NCBI RefSeq assembly: GCF_009914755.1
Contig: NC_060929.1
Strand: one strand, 5' to 3'
Length of the DNA: 64,000 nt
From: the human T2T-CHM13v2.0 reference genome, Homo sapiens
Shown here: piece by piece, positions 51,801 through 64,000 of the stretch
Numbering within the stretch: the stretch's first letter is position 1
Layout: each line of letters opens with the position of its first letter
Notes under the pieces: model-generated
The model's database searches: none
What the model saw: the letters and a program-made list of their open reading frames with translations, nothing else
What the model was told of the DNA's origin: nothing
Translations under genes and position numbers: made by a program

Positions 51801-52394
51801 AGAGAGACTAAGGTTTTGAAGAACTCATCAATACAATTATTTAACTCACTAAGAACGATAATGAGTATGGATTACATGAGCTGTGCGTGACTTTATTTTC
51901 TGGGGAATAACAGGTGATCTGTAGATGACAGCATGAGGAGTAGTAGAGAAAAATACAACCGGTGGTATAATCTCCAAAGGACATGAAGAGATGTTTTGTG
52001 TATGCAATGGAGAACCCAAAAAGATACCTTTCCTATTCCTGGCCATGACTTAGATGACATGTCAAAGAAAAGCAGCCTTCACTTTGTAAGGTCATGCTGA
52101 AGTAGGAGAGATGTCTCCTCAAATGCTCAGCAGTGATATCAAGTGATGAGACTACTAGTTTATTTAATCATACATTATTAAAACCAAAAGGCAAACAAAT
52201 CATACTTTTTAGTAACTCGAGATTGCAGAGTATTCTTATTTTTTATTAATGTGAATTTTAATAAATTTAAAATTTTTATTTCTGTTCAAGCGGCAAACTT
52301 TTTTACTCGACGTCATTTAAGATGCATTCAAATTTGCAATTCAAATTTTTTGTTAAAATGTTTCATCTTGATTGTTTTCTAATCTAGTTATGAA

Positions 52395-52835
52395 TTTTAT
52401 TAGTTGGCTTTATTAATAACAAACAACCCCCCAAATGACAGTGGCTACAACTGACATTGATTTATTGTTCCAGACAGATATCCATGGCTGTGGATCAACT
52501 TCTGTGGCTCTGTTCCCCTTGTCTTCTCACACCAGATTCCAGCCTCTTCAAGAAGTGGTCCTTATTTGGGACATCTAGCAAGACAGACCTGTCAGAAACA
52601 CTTGATGCCTTCTGAAGTTTTTCTTTTTCTTCTCAGATGTTTCTATACGCTATATTCCCTCACATTCCATTGGCTAAAGCTTGAAATGTGGCCAGGCCCT
52701 AAATCAATGGGACAATAATGTAGTACCTCTTTAAGGAGGTCTCTATAGGCCGCATGTCAATAAATGATTCAGGATAAAGCCCTTACTAGAAAGAGAACAG
52801 AGCAAAAATTGAGCGGCAAAAATAAGATCTACCGC
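52395..52835 (-). mobile_element. Old MLT1-type LTR
   Basis: taacaaacaacccccca...cagtggct...ctcacattccattggctaaagc...atctacc. Confidence 0.5.
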
Positions 52836-53594
52836 TGGAAGGTGGTACTGATCCCTCACACAAGTTATGAAAATGTGGTGGATAAATCATTGAGAAACTA
52901 ATATTCAGGAGATAAATCCACACTTTTTAAAGAGACATGTATCTGTCATGAATAAAATCCAAATGCTGACGATGTCTTCAGGGTCCAAGAGGATAGAGGA
53001 TTTAAGAAAAGAATAAATGTCAGGAATACTTTTTTTCTGAAAAAGTCTAGAAAATAAAAACAAATGAAACAATGAGAATAATACTGTTGTAAAAAGAAGG
53101 TAGTTAATTAATATCTCTAAAATTCTCATAAGTGACAATTCTTTTATGGTAAAATTTCCGTGATCCGACGTCTGGCCACCAAATTTACTGACTAAGGTAC
53201 ATGATTCTATCATCACTCCACAAATGTTCCATATATCAAAGGGCAGACAGGTATTATTAAACCCATGAAGCAAAGAGCATGTTTTATTCATCTCAGGATG
53301 GAGATAGTTCTGCCAGATGTCTAAGTGTATTTGAAGGCTGATGGCCAAAGCTCTCTTTCCATAAAAAAGTGGTGAACTAGCAGCTGCCAAAACCTGTATC
53401 TTCAAGTTTCTTTTCTATAGGATTACTGGTTTAATCTTAATACTTTCTGATTGACCCATTTATTGTTTAGCTTTCTTAATCCATATAATCAGGTTGCATT
53501 TATGTGTTCACAGCATGAAGCTATCCTGTCTCATATAACATTGTATCTCTGATCTTTAATTTTAAAATTTCTCCCCCCAAAAGCAACCACTATT

Positions 53595-53960
<366 letters not shown>

Positions 53961-54256
53961 TTAGAGGGTTCACCTTCCAGAGAACTGATATCTTATTTAC
54001 ATATTCCCAAATCTTAAATTTAGAGAAAACTTCCCCTTAGTTATAACACCTCAATTAATTAATAATGTTTATATTTGAGAGATAGACTTCAAGAAATCTT
54101 GGATATCACATTAATAATCCAAAATGTCTCAATGATCAAGGCAGAAAGACTTAGAGAGCAATGAGCTATGAGCATAAAGGTGTTCACAAAGGTATGATAA
54201 TGAGTTTGGTTATCCTTTCTCATTGTCCACTCTAGACTTTAGCCAGAATCATTTTT

Positions 54257-56496
<2,240 letters not shown>

Positions 56497-57309
56497 GCCA
56501 GAATCATTTTTACTTTTGGGTAATAATTTGCAATCAGTGAAGTGTACCGTTCTTAAGTGTTCAATGTAATAATTTTGGTAAAATCTGTAAGCAATAAATA
56601 ACACTTTGATCAAAGCATAGACTATTTTCATCATCCCAGAATATCCCTTTTTCCCTCTCCCTAGTAAACCCCATCTATCATAAACGATCATTCTCTATTA
56701 TTTATCTCACCATAAATATTTACCTGTTCTTGAGCTCCATAAAAATTGATGTATGCAGTATCTGTTGTTTGAGATCTATGTTTTGAGTGTTCTCAATGTT
56801 GTGGTTTTTAGCAGTTCATTTGCCAAAAAAATATTGTTTGGTATTCTATTGAATAAATATACCTCAGCTTGATCATTTATTTTCTTGTTGATGGATAGTT
56901 GGGGTTATTTTCAGTTTGAGGCTTTTATAGATAAACTTAGAACTTTGCAAGTCTTTTGTGGAAAAAAGATATTCATTTCTCTTGGAAAATATTTTTATTT
57001 TCAGGGGTGATAATGTTTGGTCATTTAATACGTGTGTGTGTGTGTGTGTGTGTGTTTGTGTGTGTTTCACTCCCCCATCATTGTATTAAAGTTCTAGCTA
57101 TTCCACATTATCACCGACATTTGATATTTTCAGTCTTTTTCCCAATTTTGTACCTTCTATTGAATGTGAAGTATTATCTCATTATGTTCTTGGCCATTTG
57201 TGTATATTCATCTTTGAAATTTCTGTAAAGAAATGCACCTATTTTTATTGTGTCTGTTTTCTTTTTATTATTGAGTTATAGGAGCTCTTTATACAATCCG
57301 GACAAAATA

Positions 57310-57385
57310 TAAGGTTGTAAAAGCAATGTGATTTTAATGACATTACTTCTAATGGCAAAAACTGCAGTAAGTTGCACCAATTTAA
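57310..57385. mobile_element. MADE1 (Hsmar1-derived mariner MITE), degenerate
   Basis: ta|taaggttgtaaaagcaatgtgattttaatgacattacttctaatggcaaaaactgcagtaagttgcaccaatttaa|ta resembles the palindromic ~80-bp MADE1, with TA TSDs. Confidence 0.8.
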
Positions 57386-57568
57386 TACTTCATCACATAT
57401 ACCTATTCTAAGTATTTTTCCCTAATCTAAAGCTTCCCTTTTCATTTCCTTAGAGCGGCATAAGAATGAGCAGATGTTTTAAATTTGGTAAAGTTCAATT
57501 TATCAGCTTTTCTTCTATGGCTTGCGTTTTTTGTGTCCTGTCTAAAAACCCCTTTGCTCTCCACAGAG

Positions 57569-57570
<2 letters not shown>

Positions 57571-57600
<30 letters not shown>
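57571..57600 (+). repeat. (GT)15 microsatellite (a second, interrupted TG tract lies at 57032-57065)
   Basis: Direct reading. Confidence 0.95.
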
Positions 57601-57605
<5 letters not shown>

Positions 57606-58389
57606 CATATACACATATACGCACACATATTCTACTTCAGAATTTTAGGTTCAATATCAAGGCCTGTTATCCTTTTCAAATTAATGTTTGTATGTTATAT
57701 ATTATTGGTTAAGATATATTTTGTCCATATAAACATTGAGTTGTTTCAGCACTATTTATGCAAAATACATTCTGTTCTCCCTTAATTGTTTTGACATTTT
57801 CATTAAAACCCACTTGGCCATGAGTAAAACTATTTCCAGAATTTGTATTTTATTTTATTGATATATCTGTTAATTGTTATACAAGCATAATACTATTTTG
57901 ATTAATGTAGCTTAATAGTAAGTCTTAAAATCAGTAGAATGTATCCTCCATTTATTTTATTCTCCAAAAATTTTGTTTTCCTAGGTTCTTTGCATTTCCA
58001 TACACATTTTAGAATCAGTTCATCAATTTCTTTAAAAAACAAACAAAAGCCTGTTATTATTTTGATTGGGATTGCAATGAATATATAAATCCATTTGTGG
58101 AGAAAAGACACCTTGACAACATCAAGTTTTCTAATCCATAATCATGGCGTATTTTTCCATTTATTTAGGTTTTAATTTATCTCAGCTATGTTTTAAACTT
58201 TTTAATGGAGATGTCTTCCACATTTTATGTTAAATTTATTTCTAAACATTTTTTAAATACTACTTTGAATGGTAATTTTAAGCTGTTATTTTTCAATTCT
58301 TTCTTGCTATTAAATAGAAATATAACTTTTTAAAAGGCATTAACCTTGCATTCAATAATAAATCTAAAATTATTTATTAGTTTCTTTGT

Positions 58390-61300
58390 CCACAGTTTCT
58401 TTATCCACTCGTTGATTGATGGGCATTTGGGTTGGTTCCACATTTTTACAATTGTGAATTGTGTTGCTATAAACATCTGTGTGCAAGTATCTCTTTTACA
58501 TAATGATTTCTTTTCCTCTGGATAGATACCCAGTAGTGGGATTGCTGGATCAAATGGAAGTTCTACTTTTAGTTCTTTAGGGAATCTCCACACTGTTTTC
58601 CATAGTGGTTTTACTAGTTTACATTCCCACTAGCAGTGTAGAAGTGTCCCCTGTTCACTGCATCTATGCCAACATCTATTATTTTTTGTTTTTTTGAACA
58701 TGGCCATTCTTACAGGAGTAAGGTGGTATAGCACTGTGGTTTTGATTTGCATTTCCCTAATCATTAGTGATATTGAGCATTTTTTCATGTTTTTTGGCCA
58801 TTTGTATATCTTCTTTTGAGAATTGTCTATGCATGTCCTTTGCCCATGTTTTGATGAGATTGTTTGTTTCTTCTTCTTGCTAATTTGTTTGAGTTCATTG
58901 TAGATTCTGAATATTAATTAGTCTTTTGTCAGATGGATATATTGTGAAGATTTTCTCCCACTCTGAGGTTGTCTAAGTACTCTGCTGACTGTTCCTTTTG
59001 CCATGCAAAATTCTTTTGCTTAATTAAGTCCCAGGTCAAATGGATAGACTGTGAAGATTTTTTCCCACTCTGGGGGTTGTCCATTTACTCTGCTGACTAT
59101 TCCTTTTGCCATGCAAAAGCTCTTCTGTTTAAAAGTCCTAGCTACTTATCTTTGTTTTTATTGCATTTGCTTTTGGGTGCTTGGTCATGAAACCCTTGCC
59201 TAAGCCAATGTCTAGAAGGGTTTTTCTGATGTTATCTTCTAGAATTTTTACAGTTCCAGGTCTTAGATTTAAGTGTTTGATCCACTTTGAGTTGATTTTT
59301 GTATAAGGTGAAAGATGAGGATCCAGTTTCACTCTCCTACACGTTGCTCGCCAATGATCCCAGCACCATTTGTTGAATAGGGTGTTCTTTTCTCACTTTA
59401 TGCTTTGCTTTATGGTTTGCTTTGTCAAAGATCAACTGGCTGTAAGTATTTGGGTTTATTTCTGGGTTCTCTATTCTGTTCTATTTGTCTATGCCTATTT
59501 TTATACCAGTATCATGCTGTTTTGGTGACTATGGCCTTATGGTATAGTTTGAAATCAGGTAATGTGATGCCTTCAGATTTGTTCTTTTTGCTTAGTCTTA
59601 CTTTGACTATGCAGGCTCTTTTTTGGTTTCATATGAATTTTAGGATTTTTTTTTCTATTTCTATGAAGAATGATGGTGGTATTTTGATGGGAATTGCATT
59701 AAATTTGTAGATTGCTTTTGGCAGTATGGTCATTTGCACAATAGGGTTTCTACCTATCCAGGAGCATAGGATGTGTTTCTATGTTTATGTTGTCTATGAT
59801 TTCTTTCAGCAGTGTTTTGTAGTTTTCCTTGTAGGGATCTTTCACCTTCTTGGATAAGTATATTCCTAAGTATTTTTTTTTTTGCAGCTATTGTAAAAGA
59901 GATTGAATTTTTGATTTGATTCTCTGCTTGGTCATTGTCAGTGTACAGAAGATCTACAAATTTGTGTACATTAATTTTGTATCCTGAAACTTTGCTGAAT
60001 TAATTTATGAGTTCTAGGAGCTTTTTGGATGAGTCTTTAGGATTTTCTAGGTATAAAATCATATCATTAGCCAATAGTGAGAATTTGATTTCCTCTTTAC
60101 CCATTTGGATGCTCTTTATTTCTTTCTCTTGTCTGATTGCTCTGGCTGGGACTTCTAGTACTATGTTGAAAAGAAGTGGTGAGAGTGGGCATCCCTGTCT
60201 TATTCCAGTTCTCAGAGGGAATGTTTTCACATTTTTCCCATTCAGCATTGTGTTGGCTGTGGGTTTGTCATAGATGGCTTTTATTAGATTGAGGTATGTC
60301 CCTTCTATGGTAATTTTGCTGAGGATTTTAATCATAAAGGGATGCTTGATTTTTTCAAATGCTTTTCTGCATCTATTGAGATGATCAGGTGATTTTTAAT
60401 TCTGTATATGTGGTGTATCGCATTTATTGACTTCCATATGTTAAACCATCCCTGGTATGAAACCCACTTGATCTCAGTGGATTATCTTTTTGATATGTTT
60501 TTGGAGTCGGTTAGCTAGTATTTTGTTAAGAACTTTTGCATCTATATTCATCAGGGATACTGGTCTGTAGTTTTTTTTGTTTTGTTTTGTTTTGTTTTTT
60601 GGTTATGTCATTTCTTGGTTTTGGTCTTAGGGTGATACTAGCTTCATAGAATGATTTAGGGAGGATTATTTCTTTCTCTATCTTGTGGAATAGTATCAAT
60701 AGGATTGGTACCAAGTCATCTTTGAATGCCCAGTAGAATTCAGCTGTGAATCCATCTGGTCCCCAAATTTTTTTTTTTGGTAATTTTTTTATTACCTTTT
60801 CAATCTCACTGCTTGTTATTGGTATGTTCAGGGTATCTAATTCTTCCTGATATAAGTTAGGAGGGTTGTATCTTTCCAGGAATTTATTCATCTCTTGTAG
60901 GTTTTCTAGTTTATGTGTGCAAATATGTTCACAGTAGCCTTGAATTATCTTTTGTATTTCTATGGTGTTAGTTTTAATATCTCCTGTTTCATTTCTAATT
61001 GATCTTATTTGGATTTTCTCTCTTTTTTCTTGGTTAATCTTGCTAATAGTCCATCATTTTTATTTATCTTTTCAAAGAACCAGCTTTTTGTTTCATTTAT
61101 CTTTTGTATTTTTTCTTTGTTTCAATTTCATTTAGTTCTGCTCTGATGTTAGTTATTTCCTTTCTTCTGCTGGGTTTGGGTTTGGTTTGTTCTTGTTTCT
61201 CTACTTCCTTGGGGCATGACCTTAGATTGTCTATTTGTGCTCTTTCAGACTTTCTGATATAGGCATTTAGGACTATGAACTTTTCTCTTAGCACTGCTTT

Positions 61301-63640
61301 TGATGTATCCCAGAGTTTTTAATAGGTTGTGTCACTATTATCATTCAGTTTGAAGAATTTTTTAATTTTCATCTTGATTTTATTGTTGACCCAATGATCA
61401 TTCAGGAGCAGGTTATTTAATGTCCATGTATTTTCATGGTTTTGAAGGTTTCTTTTGGAGTTGATTTCCGGTTTTATTTCACTGTGGTCTGAGAGAGTAC
61501 TTGATATAACTTCAATTTTCTTAACTTATTCAACTTGTTTTGTGGCTTATCATATGGTCTATCTTGGAGAAAATTTCATGCACCGATGAAAAGAATCTAT
61601 TTTCTGTGGTTGTTAGGTAGAATGTTCTATAAATATCTGTTAAGTCTATTTGTTCCAGAGTATACTTGAAGTTCATTGTTTCTTTGTTGACTTTCTGTCT
61701 TGATGACATGTCTAGTGCTGTAGGTGGAGTATTGAAGCCCCCCACTATTATTGTGTTGCTGTCTATCTCATTTCTTAGGTCTAGTAGTAAGTGTATCATA
61801 CATTTGAGAGCTCCAGTGTTAGGCATGTATATTTAGGATTGTTAAATCTTCCTTTTGTACAAGACCTTTTATCATTATATAATGTCCCTCTTGTCTTTTT
61901 TAACTGCTGTTGTTTTAAAGTTTATTTTGTTTGATATAAGAATAGGTAGTCCTGCTTGCTTTTGGTGTCCATTTGCATGGAATATCTTTTTCCACCACTT
62001 TACCTTAAGTTTATGTGAGTTCTTATGTGTTAGGTGAGTCTCTTGAAGGAAGCAGATAGTTGATTTATGAATTATTTTCATTCTGCAATTCTGTATTTTT
62101 TAAGCAGAGCATTTAGGCCATTTACATTCAACATTATTATTAAGATGTGAGGTACTATTCCATTAATTGTGCTATTTATTGCCTGTATACCTTGTGGGGT
62201 TTTTTTTTGTATTTTTATTTTATAAGTCCTGTGAGATTTATGGCTTGAAAGAGATTCTGTTTTGATATGTTTTCAGGATTTGTTTCAAGATTTAGAGCTG
62301 CTTTTAGCAGTTCTTATAATGCTGTCTTGGTAGTGGCATATTCTCTCAGCATTTGTTTGTCTAAAAGAGACTGTATCTTTCCTTCATTTATAAAGATTAG
62401 TTTTGCTGGATACAGAATTCTTGGCTGATAATTGTTTGAGGAGACTGCAGATGGAGCTCCAATCCCTTTTAGGTCGTAGGGTTTCTGCTGATAAATCTAC
62501 TGTTAATCTAATATGTTTTCCTTTATAGATTACCTGGTGCTTTTGCCTCACATCTCTTAAGATTCTTTCCTTCATCTTGACTTTAGATAACCTGATGACA
62601 ATGTTCCTAGCTGATGATCTTTTTGTGATAAATTTCCCAGGTGTTCTTTGAGCTTCTTGTATTGGGATGTCTAGGTCTCTTGCAAGGCTGGGGAAGCTTT
62701 CCTCAGCTATTCCCCCAAATATGTTTTCCAAACACTTGGATTTCTCTTCTTCCTCAGCAACACCAGTTATTCTTGTTTGGTCACTTAACATAATCCCAAA
62801 CTTCCTGGAGGCTTTGTTCATTTTTTTCTTATTCTTTTTTCTTTGTCTTTGGATTGGGTTACTTCAAAAACCTTGCCTTCAAGCTCTGAAGTTCTTTCTC
62901 CTGCTTGTTCAATTCTAATGCTGAGACTTTCTAGAACATTTTGCATTTCTCTAAGTGTGTCCTTTATTTCCTGAAGTTGTGATTGTTTTCTGTTTATGCT
63001 ATCTATTTCACTGAAGATTTCTCCCCTCATTTCTTCTATCATTTTTTTTTCAATTTCCTTACATTGAACTTCATCTTTCTCTGGTACCTCCTTGATTAGC
63101 TTAATAACTAACCTGAATTCTTTTTCAGGTAAATCAGGGATTTCTTCTTGGTTTGGATCCATTGCTGGTGAGCTAGTGTGATTTTTGGGGGTGTTAAATA
63201 ACCCTATTTTGTCATATTACCAGAATTGTGTTTCTGTTTCCTTCTTATTTGGGTAGGCTATTTCAGAAGGAAGGCTACTGTTCAGTTTCTTTTGTCCCAC
63301 AAGGTGTTCCCTTGATGTAGTATGCTCCCCCTGTCCTAGGGATGTGGCTTCCAGAGAGCTAAGCTGTAGTGATTGTTATCTCTCTTCTGGATCTAGCCAC
63401 CCAGCAGGTCTACCCGTTTCCAGTCTGGTCCTGGGGGATATCTGCACAGTGTCTTGTGATGTGAATGATCTGCAGGTATCTTAGCCATGAATATCAGCAT
63501 TTGCTCTGGTGGAAGTAACAGGCAGGTGAAATGGACTCTGTGAAGGTCTTTAGTTTTGGTTGTTTAGTGCACTATTTTTTGTGCTAGTTGGCCTCTTGCC
63601 AGGAGGTAGGCTTTCAAGAGAGCATCAGCTGTAGTAGTGT
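58390..63640 (-). mobile_element. Near full-length L1PB-like element (5'UTR, ORF1, ORF2 relics), 3'UTR missing
   Basis: ORF1 relic MDPNQEEIPDLPEKEFRLVIKLIKE; endonuclease relic ICFLQETHL...KKIFHANG; RT relic [19 protein letters not shown]...[10 protein letters not shown]; many stops and frameshifts. Confidence 0.92.
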
Positions 63641-63797
63641 CCAATCTTAATGTCTTTTAGACAACATGAAATAATGCAAAAATAGTACCAAGATTAGTCC
63701 AATACAACAGTATAAAATTTATAGGCACCATGAACAATGTACTTTATACAAAACAAAAAGCCTCCTGAATTCTAGAGTGGCAAGTTCTTTGAGCTGG

Positions 63798-64000
63798 TGT
63801 TATGACTTGAACATGTGCATCCCGCAAACTCATATGCTAAAATCCTAATTCCCCAATATGATGATATTAGGAAGTGGGGCCTTTGGAAGATCATAAGGGT
63901 GGAGCCCACATGAGTGGTATTAGCACCCTTATAAAAGAGACCCGTAGAGCTCACTAGTTCTTTCTATCATGTTAGAACACAGCAAGAAGATAGCTGTATA
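63798..64000 (+). mobile_element. MLT1A/MST-type MaLR LTR (runs off the window end)
   Basis: tgttatgacttgaac...attaggaagtggggcctttggaag...gggtggagccc...cccttataaaagagaccc. Confidence 0.8.

Larger units (their letters stand above)
56512..58385 (-). mobile_element. Old L1M (L1MD/ME-like) relic hosting (TG)n tracts and a MADE1
   Basis: Degenerate L1 minus-strand sequence with ORF2-like relic (IYIFIAIPIKI...ELILKCVWKCKEPR). Confidence 0.65.

Noticed and set aside
52905-53405. 166-aa minus-strand ORF
   Set aside because: TTG start, no recognisable family, no clear splice or promoter context. A conservation/PhyloCSF check would be needed to revive it.

Overview
AT-rich, repeat-laden primate genomic DNA, very likely human. 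It contains the 5' half of the polysialyltransferase gene ST8SIA4 (ST8Sia IV/PST) on the minus strand. Coding exons 1-3 (41100-41212, 33911-34042, 24600-24857) splice GT-AG into residues 1-168: cytoplasmic tail, TM anchor, stem/polybasic region and most of sialylmotif L. The remaining exons lie beyond position 1. A CpG-rich promoter with a CCAAT box and a GC box sits at ~41.2-41.7 kb, and there is a second CpG-rich block in intron 1. The rest is intronic or upstream DNA filled with Alu, L1, MIR, L2, MaLR/ERVL LTRs (including a complete two-LTR THE1 element), MER5 and a MADE1 MITE, several with readable target-site duplications (TSDs). Most ORFs in the supplied track are repeat-derived or chance. 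I see no wholly new gene system. The best second-look items are: (1) a clean 168-aa truncated isoform that intron-3 read-through or intronic polyadenylation would produce, a possible natural competitor of the enzyme; (2) a 48-codon uORF; (3) local duplications not explained by transposons (~135 bp at 26.5/28.8 kb, ~80 bp at 17.2/18.1 kb, and a duplication with a fold-back junction at 44.4 kb); (4) a second promoter-like module upstream; (5) non-B DNA elements near the promoter. Repeat subfamily names come from recalled consensus motifs, not a RepeatMasker run.
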